Numbered from the whole stretch's first letter, positions 8,748-17,779 are shown. The stretch is 63,964 nucleotides of DNA, filler included, from an uncultured bacterium (GCA_964543115.1; 10 parts of 10 records of this genome joined end to end with filler, not necessarily neighbours in it); one strand, 5' to 3'. The notes: generated by a model not told the origin, from the letters alone. Translations and numbers: made by a program.

Positions 8748-10619
8748 ATGAAGAAGCTTTTAGTTGGATTACTTGTTACTGGTTTGGTTTGTTTCCCGGG
8801 TTGGGCGGAAGAATATGATTTGGGTGAGGTAGTGGTTACTCCAACTAAAACTGAGGAGCCAATGGCGGAGATCGGTTCCAGCGTTTCTGTTGTTACCAGT
8901 AAACAAATTGAAGAAAGCGGTAAAAGAACGGTAGGAAATGTTTTGCGGGATGTGCCCGGGGTAACGGTAGTGCAGACTGGCCCCCTGGGCAGTCTGGTTG
9001 ATGTTTATTTAAGAGGAACCAAACCCGGGCAGACACTTATCCTCATTAATGGGGTAGAGGTGAATGATCCGATGGCCCCTACCCGGGGATTTAATTTAGC
9101 CCATTTGACAACCGAAGATATTGAAAGGATTGAAGTTTTACGCGGACCACAGAGCACTCTTTATGGGTCTGAGGCGATCGGGGGAGTAATCAATATAATT
9201 ACCAAACGCGGCGAAGGAAAACCGACAATCGGGGCCTATGTCGAAGGTGGGTCCTATACCACTTTTCGTGAATCAGCAAGTTTACGGGGAGTATACGAAA
9301 AATTAGATTACTACGCTTCCCTGACCCGGGTTGATTCTAATGGCTTCTCCGCGGCCAAAGGTGGTTCAGAGCGAGATGGCTATTACAATACTACCTTGAC
9401 CGGGCGGTTAGGGTTAAATGTTTTCGCTAATAGTCGTTTGGATGCCTTTATCAGCTATATAGATGCTAAAAGTGATCTGGATGACGGTGGTTATGAAGAT
9501 GATCCCAATTACGATCAGAAATGGGATAATTTTACTTCCCGCCTGGCCTTTGACCAACAATTATTGCCCTGGTGGCAGCATGAACTTTCCTGTTCTTATA
9601 CGGAGACGAAAAGAAAGTACAAAGATAAAAAAGATGATATTGATATTTTTGAAGATATGAAGAGCTGGTATAAAGGTGATGATTTTAATGCCGAATGGCA
9701 GCACAATTTTCAGATTAAAGAAATAGATACCATCACCGCCGGCGTAGAATACGAGCGGGAACGGGGTTCTTCCTATTATCGTTGGGATACATATACTGAT
9801 AATTTTTCCCGGCGCCATTTGGATAATTGGGGCTACTACCTGCAGAATATCCTCAAACTATGGGAACGCTGGTTTACCACCGTTGGTGTTCGTTTGGATG
9901 ATAATGAGGAATTCGGTGATGATACCAATTATCGTATTGCCTCTAGTTATTTGATTAAGCAAACCGGCACCCAATTGAAAGGCAGCTGGGGGACAGGGTT
10001 TAAGGCACCGACGCTTTATCAATTATACTCGGTTTACGGTGATCAAACTCTGCGGCCGGAAGAGAGCAGGGGGTATGATTTAGGGATTGTGCAGGAATTA
10101 TTCACAAAAAAACTGAAATTAGGAGTAACCTATTTCCATAACCGGATTAAGGAGCTGATTGATTGGGACGCCGGCCTCTGGCAATATAAGAATATCGGTA
10201 AAGCAATAACCAAAGGAGTGGAGACAGAATTGTTTTTTATTCCCTGGGACGTGCTGAGGGTTGGTCTTAACTATACATATTTAGAGACAAAGGACAAAAC
10301 AACAGGCCAGGAGTTGTTGCGAAGGCCGAAGAACAAGGCCAGCCTCAATGTCAATTGGCAGTTTCTGCAGAAAGGAAACCTCAATCTAGATCTTGTTTAT
10401 GTTGGTAAGCGCGAAGACCAGGATTTCACTGTTTTTCCCTATAACCGGATTGTTTTATCGAGTTACGTGCGGGTAGATGTTTTCTGTTCCTATGATATAA
10501 ACGATAATCTGCAGGTTTTTGCCAGAGTAGAGAATCTTTTTGATGAAGATTACGAAGAAGTTTACGGCTTTAATACCCCCGGGATTTCAGGTTATCTGGG
10601 CGGAAAGGTAAAGATATAA
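8748..10619 (+). CDS. btuB: TonB-dependent receptor, BtuB-like (probable cobamide uptake)
   Basis: Signal peptide, TonB box EVVVTPTKT, plug motif ERIEVLRGPQSTLYGSEAIGGVINIITK, NLFDEDY C-terminus; operonic with cobUTS. Confidence 0.8.
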   Translation: MKKLLVGLLVTGLVCFPGWAEEYDLGEVVVTPTKTEEPMAEIGSSVSVVTSKQIEESGKRTVGNVLRDVPGVTVVQTGPLGSLVDVYLRGTKPGQTLILINGVEVNDPMAPTRGFNLAHLTTEDIERIEVLRGPQSTLYGSEAIGGVINIITKRGEGKPTIGAYVEGGSYTTFRESASLRGVYEKLDYYASLTRVDSNGFSAAKGGSERDGYYNTTLTGRLGLNVFANSRLDAFISYIDAKSDLDDGGYEDDPNYDQKWDNFTSRLAFDQQLLPWWQHELSCSYTETKRKYKDKKDDIDIFEDMKSWYKGDDFNAEWQHNFQIKEIDTITAGVEYERERGSSYYRWDTYTDNFSRRHLDNWGYYLQNILKLWERWFTTVGVRLDDNEEFGDDTNYRIASSYLIKQTGTQLKGSWGTGFKAPTLYQLYSVYGDQTLRPEESRGYDLGIVQELFTKKLKLGVTYFHNRIKELIDWDAGLWQYKNIGKAITKGVETELFFIPWDVLRVGLNYTYLETKDKTTGQELLRRPKNKASLNVNWQFLQKGNLNLDLVYVGKREDQDFTVFPYNRIVLSSYVRVDVFCSYDINDNLQVFARVENLFDEDYEEVYGFNTPGISGYLGGKVKI

Positions 10620-10623
10620 GTCA

Positions 10624-11199
10624 ATGTTTGCAACAAGAATAGCTAAGGTGTCACTGCTGGTTTCACTGGCCGGCCATCTAGGGGTATTGGGATTTCACTG
10701 GCCAGGAGTGCAAAAAGAGGCAGAATATGCGCTTCCGTTACAGATAGAAATCCGGGTTCCGCCCGATCTCCCCAGAATAGAGGAACCGGCTGAGGAAAAA
10801 GAGTTAAAACAAAAACAGGAAGAAGTAAAGCCTCAGCCGCAGCTGCAGCAGAAAGAAGGCCAACGGGATACAGGTTCGGTTAAGAATAATGTTCCCGGCG
10901 AGAAGGAAAAATTGCGTTACCAGGATATGGTAAAACAGCGGATCCAGGAGGCCAGACGCTATCCTGCCTGGGCGAAAAAATATCGGGTAGAGGGCACTGT
11001 GCAGATATCTTTTAATATCCTGGCTAATGGCACGGTTAAGCGAGTGCAAATAATTGCCTTCTCTGGTAATAGGATGTTGGACAAAGAAGCACTGGCCACT
11101 ATTTACCGGGCTGCCCCTTTCCCTCCTTTCCCTAAATCCTGGAACTTAGCAGAATTTCCCGTCCAAGTAACCATAGTCTTTCTCTTTACTGAGAGCTAA
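10624..11199 (+). CDS. tonB: Energy transducer TonB
   Basis: N-terminal anchor SLAGH, P/E/K/Q linker, YPAWAKKYRVEGTV..SGNRMLDKEA..PFPPFP. Confidence 0.88.
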   Translation: MFATRIAKVSLLVSLAGHLGVLGFHWPGVQKEAEYALPLQIEIRVPPDLPRIEEPAEEKELKQKQEEVKPQPQLQQKEGQRDTGSVKNNVPGEKEKLRYQDMVKQRIQEARRYPAWAKKYRVEGTVQISFNILANGTVKRVQIIAFSGNRMLDKEALATIYRAAPFPPFPKSWNLAEFPVQVTIVFLFTES

Positions 11200-11209
11200 A
11201 TATTTCTCC

Positions 11210-11238
11210 TTGGCACTGTTTAGCTCCTATGCTAGAAT
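11210..11238 (+). promoter_or_regulatory. Sigma70-type promoter for tRNA-Glu
   Basis: TTGGCA-17 nt-TAGAAT, 55 nt upstream of the tRNA. Confidence 0.55.
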
Positions 11239-11292
11239 TTACGCCAGAATAAGACGAGAAACGAAAAACGCATAACGAGAAACGGCTTTTAT

Positions 11293-11367
11293 GGCCCCAT
11301 CGTCTAGCCTGGCCCAGGACAGGTGGTTCTCAGCCATCAGACACGGGTTCGAATCCCGTTGGGGCTA
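11293..11367 (+). tRNA. tRNA-Glu(CTC), CCA not encoded
   Basis: Acceptor GGCCCCA/TGGGGCT, anticodon loop TTCTCAG, T-loop GGTTCGAATCC. Confidence 0.93.
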
Positions 11368-11379
11368 AGTTTCACTCAT

Positions 11380-11426
11380 AAATAGGTGTGATTCAGTTAA
11401 TTACGACGGATCACATCTATTTTTTT
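11380..11426 (+). terminator. Intrinsic terminator after tRNA-Glu(CTC)
   Basis: AAATAGGTGTGAT/ATCACATCTATTT stem followed by T-run. Confidence 0.6.
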
Positions 11427-11666
11427 GTCCTCATTCTGGACATAATAATCTCCCTAGAATTAGCAGTATTTCCCCTTTGGTCCATACATAGTGGGTAGCA
11501 AAATGGGTAGCAATTTTTTTATGGGTTTTAAAACTATTTTAATAGTAAATAGTTTAATCTACCTAAATTGACAGATGGCCTTTTATGTGTTATATTCTTG
11601 TGTATATCCTTTAGGCGTTTATCCCGACAATCTTGAAATTCCCTGGGGGGAAAGAAGGGGCAGAAC

Positions 11667-12920
11667 ATGAAAAAAGGCATTTTCATCCTCGTTGTATTCC
11701 TATTACTAATTTCGTTCAATTTAACCTACGCAGAAAGGGTGTCTCTAGATGCTGTTGAAGCTGTAGGAAACACACACCTCAAAATAGAAGATCAAAGACA
11801 AGTCAAAAGAGCTGCAGCGGGACAAGTCTCTGGACCACAAGAGCAATACTCCCTTTCTAATACGCAAGTCCTCAAAGATGAAGCCACGGGTGAAGTACTT
11901 GCCCACATTTTGAATCTAGAGCCCAAAGGATTTGTAGTACTTTCCCCGGATACAGATTTAAAGCCTGTTATTGCGTATTCATATGAATCTAATTTTTCAA
12001 TGGAGGATTCAGCACGAAATGTGCCGATGTTATTTATTAAAGAAGATATGGCTTGTAGATTAGAAGTCATTGATTTAATTCCTCAAGAGAAAAGAGCAGA
12101 AAATAATAAATCATGGAAACAATATCTTGAAAAGGATAGGGCATTTGTTGATAAGAGAGCAGGGGTTCAAGTTTGGCCGTCTGACGGACAAGGATGGATA
12201 AAGACTAAATGGGCTCAAGGAGATCCTTATAATAGATCCTGTCCAATAGATTCTAGTAATGGGCAAAGGAGTCAAACAGGTTGTGTCGCAACTGCAATGG
12301 CTCAGATAATGAATTACTGGAAATCCCCGTCTTCAGTTAGTTTTAATAATTCTTACAATTATGGAAGTATTAACGCCTCAGATGCGAATATGTCCAGTAT
12401 AGATTACAATAGTGGTTCTCCTTCAACTGAAACGATTGCAGGTTTAATGTTTGCCTGTGGTGTTTCTGTGCAAATGTCTTATAGCGCCAGTGGATCTTAT
12501 GCTCTTCCGGACAAAATTGCGAATGCGTTTTTAGGGGCGTTTAGGTATCAGTATGCAAAATGGTATAATTGGTATGATAAAACATACTATGCGGGACAAG
12601 AGGTGGATTTTTACCAATATATGGCTCTAAATATTATGGGTGGAAGTCCAGTATTAGTAGGGACGTATGCTAGTCAAAATGTTTCAGCTCATGCGCTTGT
12701 TGCAGATGGTTTTAGAGAAGATTGGTATTTCCATCTGAATTTTGGTTGGGGGGGACAATATGATGATTGGTATTTTTGGTATGCATTTAATCCATATTAT
12801 GAGCTTAATCCTCCTAAGAAACAGGTTCCTTTACAAGGAGGAGTGTTAGATATTAGTCCTTCTCCAGACCCTGACCCCGACCCAGATCCTAATCCAGACC
12901 CAAATCCCGACCCCAATCCC
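11667..12920 (+). CDS. Secreted C10 (streptopain/SpeB-like) cysteine protease with inhibitor-like prodomain, 3'-truncated
   Basis: Signal peptide; KGFVVLSPD..PVIAYS prodomain; QTGCVATAMAQIM (Cys), HALVADG (His), HLNFGWGG; DP/NP linker at contig end. Confidence 0.9.
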
Positions 12921-13020
12921 NNNNNNNNNNNNNNNNNNNNNNNNNNNNNNNNNNNNNNNNNNNNTTAATTAATTAANNNNNNNNNNNNNNNNNNNNNNNN
13001 NNNNNNNNNNNNNNNNNNNN

Positions 13021-13214
13021 AGTACCTCCACGCCGCTCATTCCGGGCATTTTAAGATCAAGGAAGATTAAATCATATTGCCCTTCTTCTTTCAGCTGGAG
13101 GCCTTTTGCGCCTGATTCCGCGGTATCTATCTCATATTCTGTATCTTCAAGCGCCAGGCTAAATGACTTTCTTACCGCTTCTTCATTGTCAATTACTAAA
13201 ATATGCTTAGCCAT
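13021..13214 (-). CDS. Response regulator receiver, 3'-truncated
   Basis: ILVIDNEE..YDLIFLDLKMPGMSG. Confidence 0.9.
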
Positions 13215-13215
13215 A

Positions 13216-14415
13216 CTATTCCCTCCCTCTTCTTCTTAGGCTTATTGGTAAAAAAACAGTAAACTTAGTTCCCTGCCCGATCCTGCTGTCACAGGTTATT
13301 TCTCCGCCGTGTTCCTCGATAATACCGTGAACTATAGAAAGCCCTAGACCAGTACCTTCGCCGGTAGATTTTGTCGTAAAGAACGGATCGAAAATCTTTT
13401 TAAGGTTTGCCGCCGGGATACCAAATCCTGTATCAGTAATTGTTATTTGGACAAATTCGCCCTCACGGCGCACATCAACATCAATTTCTTTTTTCTCATT
13501 TTCTTTCACCGCATCCATAGCGTTATTGATAAGATTCAAAAAGACCTGCTGGATACTGTTCATTTTCATCCAGGCCTTGGGTAGATGTCTGGCATAATGC
13601 TTAGTGATGGATATATGGTCTTTCCTAATACGATAAGCTACTAAACCAAGGACTCGTTCTAATATTTCCGAACAGTCTGCCTGCTGCCTGGCCTCTTCAC
13701 CTTCTTTTTCCATCCGCGAAAAGGTTAAGAGACTCTCGATGATACCCATACAGCGTTTGGCTTCTTTTTCCGCGTCTTGAAGGACAGAATACCTTTTGTC
13801 ACTGCTTTCGGTATGTTTGATACAATATTGGATAAAATTAATTATTCCCATCATCGGGTTATTGAGTTCGTGGGCCACCCCGGCGGTCATTGTTCCTACT
13901 GAACCCAGTTTTTCCGTCTGGATAAGCTGCGCGGTTTTACTCTTTAAATCGTCATGGGTTTCCTTAAGCTGATAAAATAGTTCTTCCTTGGAAAGGCGGC
14001 TTATTTCTTCTTTTTCCCGGGCAATAAGCTCTTCTGTAATATCAAATGCCGGGTCCGATGCCGCTTTAAACACCTCGATAGAATCTTCTCCTTCAGCAGA
14101 AACCTCTACCCTGTCAAAGATTGTTTCAAGTAACTTAAGATCCGTCGCGGAGCCGATTCCTTTAGCGATAAATTCCAGGATCATGCCGAATATATCATCT
14201 CTTAACCCCAGCTCTACCTTAATATACGATGACGCTTCCTGCCCTGACGCTTGACTTGCCGCTAGCATTTTACGTACAAGTTCTGAGGTTATAGTAGCCA
14301 GCCGCGCGGCACAGATAGAACCGAATTTTAAGTCCTCGGATAATTTTAGTATCTTATTTCTCGCCTCTACTAAAGAGGCATCGTCCCTTATTATTATTTG
14401 TCCCAATTCAATCAT
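13216..14415 (-). CDS. Histidine kinase (HisKA + HATPase_c) with degenerate RsbT-like N-terminal domain
   Basis: [43 protein letters not shown]; start set at ATG 14415 after GGAG (the ORF-track GTG lies inside repeats). Confidence 0.9.
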   Translation of the reverse strand: MIELGQIIIRDDASLVEARNKILKLSEDLKFGSICAARLATITSELVRKMLAASQASGQEASSYIKVELGLRDDIFGMILEFIAKGIGSATDLKLLETIFDRVEVSAEGEDSIEVFKAASDPAFDITEELIAREKEEISRLSKEELFYQLKETHDDLKSKTAQLIQTEKLGSVGTMTAGVAHELNNPMMGIINFIQYCIKHTESSDKRYSVLQDAEKEAKRCMGIIESLLTFSRMEKEGEEARQQADCSEILERVLGLVAYRIRKDHISITKHYARHLPKAWMKMNSIQQVFLNLINNAMDAVKENEKKEIDVDVRREGEFVQITITDTGFGIPAANLKKIFDPFFTTKSTGEGTGLGLSIVHGIIEEHGGEITCDSRIGQGTKFTVFLPISLRRRGRE

Positions 14416-14432
14416 TATTTGCTCCGCAAATA

Positions 14433-14908
14433 CACAGATTAGCACAGATGTTTTCACAGATTAACACAGATATTTGTCTGCGCCCATCTGTGCTTTCAGG
14501 TGTAGATTCTTCGTTTAACAGTTAGTCTATTTGTTCCAAAGTTTGCCAATAAAACTAATTTATATTTTGTGCCTTTAATGTAATAATAAATTTGATTATA
14601 CATTTCTTTCGGTATGATAGGGATGGCTTTTAATTCCAAGATAACCCTATCTTCAATAACAAAATCTGGTTTATATACTCCTATTTTTTGGCCCTTGTAA
14701 GTAACGGCCAAAGACTTTTCTTCTTTAAAATCTATTTTTCTATTTCTTAACTCAATTGCAACTGCCTTATGATAAACACTTTCCTTATGCACAGGGCCAA
14801 GTTCATTATGAATTTCATATAAAGCCCCAATAATTTTATATGTTAAATCCTTGTACAAACCATCTTTATCTGTGCCCATCTGTGTCTTAAGATCTGTGCT
14901 CATCTGTG
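14433..14908 (-). mobile_element. Putative GxxExxY single-gene cassette bounded by CACAGAT-dyad repeats
   Basis: Five 17-bp dyads CACAGAT-N3-CACAGAT at 14433-14449, 14455-14471, 14476-14492, 14868-14884, 14892-14908; the last three are inverted relative to the first two; mobility is inferred. Confidence 0.6.
14496..14903 (-). CDS. GxxExxY family protein (PD-(D/E)XK nuclease fold)
   Basis: LTYKIIGALYEIHNELGPVHKESVY, YKPDFVIEDRVILELKA, LANFG; ATG 14903 overlaps the rsbX stop (ATGA), alternative ATG 14879. Confidence 0.9.
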   Translation of the reverse strand: MSTDLKTQMGTDKDGLYKDLTYKIIGALYEIHNELGPVHKESVYHKAVAIELRNRKIDFKEEKSLAVTYKGQKIGVYKPDFVIEDRVILELKAIPIIPKEMYNQIYYYIKGTKYKLVLLANFGTNRLTVKRRIYT

Positions 14909-15496
14909 ATATCTCAAGGCGATACAAGCGGCATCATCATCCTTTTTCCCGAATCTACGGATAATCTGGGTGGCAATGGTCTTAACGTTATGCTGCAGGA
15001 GCCTTGGATAATCTTCTATGCCAAAATGTTCTTTTATTCCGTCTGTATGCAATATGAGAACATCGTTATTCGCTAATGTCATCATCTCTTCTCTGGGAGT
15101 TGGAATTGTATAGCCAATGATCCCTTTTTTATAGATAATCCTGGTATTGATCGAGCCGAATCTTCTTATAGATATATTACCGATACCAACGTATTTTAAT
15201 GCCCCTGTTTCTAAATTGAGATGGCAAAGACAGGCTACGACACCCTTATTCAGAGACTTTATATATTTGTGAAGACATTCTACCGTCTTTACTAAATTTC
15301 CCCTGTAATTTGTCTCTAAATAATTCTTACAAATAATTGCTATCGCATGGGCGTCTCCGCCATGTCCAGCGGCATCTATAATGGCGATAAATATCTTATT
15401 GCCAAATTTAATGACTAGGCCGTCATCCCCGCATTCAAATTCCATATGGCCGCGGATAAGCGGCCGTTTAGCCAAAAAATAATCTACTTTACCCAT
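14900..15496 (-). CDS. rsbX: RsbX-like PP2C/SpoIIE phosphatase
   Basis: ECGDD, IIDAAGHG, VGIGNI, LILHTDGI, DDAAC; follows rsbT. Confidence 0.85.
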   Translation of the reverse strand: MGKVDYFLAKRPLIRGHMEFECGDDGLVIKFGNKIFIAIIDAAGHGGDAHAIAIICKNYLETNYRGNLVKTVECLHKYIKSLNKGVVACLCHLNLETGALKYVGIGNISIRRFGSINTRIIYKKGIIGYTIPTPREEMMTLANNDVLILHTDGIKEHFGIEDYPRLLQHNVKTIATQIIRRFGKKDDDAACIALRYHR

Positions 15497-15497
15497 A

Positions 15498-15574
15498 GTC
15501 GCTTCGCTCCCCTAGTCGCTTCGCTCCTCACAGATTAGCACAGATTAAAATTTTTTCATCTGTGCCCATCTGTG
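15498..15574. repeat. Gene-less CACAGAT site plus tandem GTCGCTTCGCTCC repeat at the rsbT-rsbX junction
   Basis: GTCGCTTCGCTCC x2 (15498-15527); CACAGATTAGCACAGAT 15529-15545 and inverted ATCTGTGCCCATCTGTG 15558-15574. Confidence 0.85.
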
Positions 15575-15576
15575 TC

Positions 15577-15984
15577 TCACCTAACCCATTTTCTTGTAAT
15601 AATTTTCGTTCCTCTTTTGTGTTCCGTATCTAATACAAATTCATCCATCAACCGTTTGACTCCCGGCAGGCCCAGACCCAGACTGCCATCCTGAGAGGTA
15701 GTGAAATGATCTTTCATCGCCTTTCCCAAATGCTCTATCCCCGGGCCCTTATCTTCGGCAATAACCTCAATACCCTTTTGAGTTTTCCTTTCAATAATCT
15801 TTAAGACAATCTCCCCTTTCAGCGCGTAGCGGAATATGTTCCTGGCAAGTTCAGAAACCGCCGTTGCGATAGCGTATTGCTGGTTTTCTCTAAAACCGGC
15901 CTCGCTGGATAATTGCCTGGCCTCCGCCACTGCCTTTATAATGTCAACCTCTTGGGAGATCTTAATTTCTTTTTGTTTACTCAT
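15577..15984 (-). CDS. rsbT: Serine/threonine kinase RsbT
   Basis: ATAVSELARNIFRYA, IAEDKGPGI, SLGLGLPGVKRLMDEF, GTKI..KW. Confidence 0.95.
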   Translation of the reverse strand: MSKQKEIKISQEVDIIKAVAEARQLSSEAGFRENQQYAIATAVSELARNIFRYALKGEIVLKIIERKTQKGIEVIAEDKGPGIEHLGKAMKDHFTTSQDGSLGLGLPGVKRLMDEFVLDTEHKRGTKIITRKWVR

Positions 15985-16561
15985 TATCTTTATTTTCTAG
16001 TTCTTCGTCTTCTGGTTCCACATCATTATCTATATCTTGTTCATCTTCTGCCTCCACAATTTCTTCTCCAGCTTCTTCACGTGAAACGTCTTCGCTCTCT
16101 CGCTCAGCCGCTGTTTCATCTTCGGCCGCATCAACTTCCTCTTCCGCCGCTGGCGCTTCCAGTTCTTCTTCAACATCCTCTTCGGGTTTAGGCTCTACAA
16201 TAGGCTTTAGTTTTTGGAATCCCGCTTCCAGGGTTATCGCTGTCAGGGCATCCCCTAGATCAAGATCCAGATCAATAAATGAGGCCACAACGCCCGGCCT
16301 CAGGCCGGTGATAACCGTTGTTGCTCCTAACATAGACGCCATCTTTGTTGTATCAGAGATTGTCCGGGCCAAAAATGAATCTATTACCGAAACGGCTGAG
16401 AAATCGATGATCATCCCCTTAAGACCTGTATCTCTAATCTTGTCTAAGATGTTATCCTGAATCTTAAGTATTGTATCATCATAGAGCTCTGTTTGGAGGG
16501 GAACAACAAGACAGCCCCTGGTAACATGCATGGCCACTTTGGACAAAGCGGTTCCTTCCAT
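15977..16561 (-). CDS. rsbS: RsbS (STAS) with ~70-aa acidic C-terminal tail
   Basis: LVVPLQTELYDD, IIDFSAVSVIDSF (phospho-Ser position), ITGLRPGV; start ATG 16561 after AAGGAG. Confidence 0.9.
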   Translation of the reverse strand: MEGTALSKVAMHVTRGCLVVPLQTELYDDTILKIQDNILDKIRDTGLKGMIIDFSAVSVIDSFLARTISDTTKMASMLGATTVITGLRPGVVASFIDLDLDLGDALTAITLEAGFQKLKPIVEPKPEEDVEEELEAPAAEEEVDAAEDETAAERESEDVSREEAGEEIVEAEDEQDIDNDVEPEDEELENKDNE

Positions 16562-16576
16562 AGGATTCTCCTTAAA

Positions 16577-16703
16577 CACAGATGAGCACAGATTAAAAGA
16601 TACAGATTAGCACAGATATTTATCTGTGATCATCTGCCCATTCAATTAATTTTACTTATAGGATGGGACTGCTTCGCTGTGAAAACATCTGTGCCCAGCT
16701 GTG
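16577..16703. repeat. Gene-less CACAGAT site at the rsbR-rsbS junction
   Basis: Dyads at 16577-16593 and 16601-16617, inverted dyads at 16622-16638 and 16687-16703. Confidence 0.85.
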
Positions 16704-16705
16704 TT

Positions 16706-17143
16706 TCAGATCTTAAGTTTTGCCTGACCGGCTTTTAACTGTCTTATCTCAAGGCCCAAAATATCAAGCGCGATTTCAAGTCCACCTGCTAATGTTGATC
16801 TGCTGGCAACACCTTCCAAATCAACTCCTAAATGAACCAGAGTCTGAGATATGGCGGGGGAGATACCGGTAATGACGGCCTGACATCCCATAAGAGTAGT
16901 GGCCTTGGTAATCTTTACAAGATGCGCGGCGACGGCGCTGTCGATACTTGCTACACCTAAAATATCCAAAATAACAACCTTTGCTTCAGTATCCAGAATC
17001 TTTGCCAGTATCGATTCCATTATTTCCTGGGCCCGTTTTGAATCTACTGTACCGGTAATCGGGATCATTAATATACCCTTAAAAAGTATATTGACCGGTG
17101 TTATATCCGCTGCCCCAGCTCCTCCTACAGTTTCCTTTGCCAT
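16706..17143 (-). CDS. rsbR: RsbR-like protein, STAS domain only
   Basis: LMIPITGTVDSKRA..VVILDILGV..IDSAVA..TGISPAISQTLVHLG, first gene of the RST module; AGGAGGG RBS fixes a 145-aa length. Confidence 0.85.
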   Translation of the reverse strand: MAKETVGGAGAADITPVNILFKGILMIPITGTVDSKRAQEIMESILAKILDTEAKVVILDILGVASIDSAVAAHLVKITKATTLMGCQAVITGISPAISQTLVHLGVDLEGVASRSTLAGGLEIALDILGLEIRQLKAGQAKLKI

Positions 17144-17167
17144 TTCTCCCTCCTTTTTTTAGTACAT

Positions 17168-17222
17168 AAGAGTTCTGCAAAATAGGTTCTTTGTCATACC
17201 GCGGCTTGACCGCGGTATCTAG
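17168..17222 (-). repeat. REP-like palindromic element, copy 2
   Basis: Reverse complement matches 51515-51569 at 53 of 55 nt; stem ATACCGCGG/CCGCGGTAT. Confidence 0.9.
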
Positions 17223-17779
17223 ATATTATTGCATTGCAAAGACTTCTTATATGATAATATACAATTATAATTAAATCTAATTCAGTTCAGAGCAGTATAG
17301 TTTAAGGCAGGTTGGCGACCCGACAGCCAGCTAAAAAGCACCCGCGTAGACATCTACAACATAGTTACATACAGAGCTAAAGACTGAAAAATAAAATTAC
17401 GTTTTTCTTAGAGGTTCCTTAAATGCTTTTAACTTTCAATAAAATATCTTCAACTTCACCCCTTTTATTTACACCGATAAGTGTGATATATTACACCTTT
17501 TTATGTCAAACAATAAATATATAAGATATTAGGATACAAAGAGATATGAAAAATGTGCTGCGAAAAGTAATCAAAGAAAATAATTGGTTTCGCAGCGCCT
17601 TTTTAATTGGTAGGGTATCTAATTCAGATAGGATATAATAAAATGACCCCAATAGTTGTACCAGTTTTTGAGTTATACTAAAGTAGTTCTCTTCATGCCC
17701 ACAAATTGATATATGTACCTGCATAGCAACAACATAAATCAAACTCACTGTTTCACACTAAAATATATTGAAAAAAATA

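Noticed and set aside
12861..12920. Short tandem DNA repeats (also 55555-55740) as a possible CRISPR or VNTR
   Set aside because: In-frame DP/NP and PKPD/PQP linkers; no repeat-spacer structure and no cas genes.
14433..16703. CACAGAT clusters as a CRISPR array
   Set aside because: Units are 17 bp, in mixed orientation, separated by whole genes rather than unique spacers.
17506..17748. 80-aa ORF with a faint RelE/ParE-like GHEENYF ending
   Set aside because: Similarity is too short, no RBS, and it runs through the inverted repeat; not supportable.
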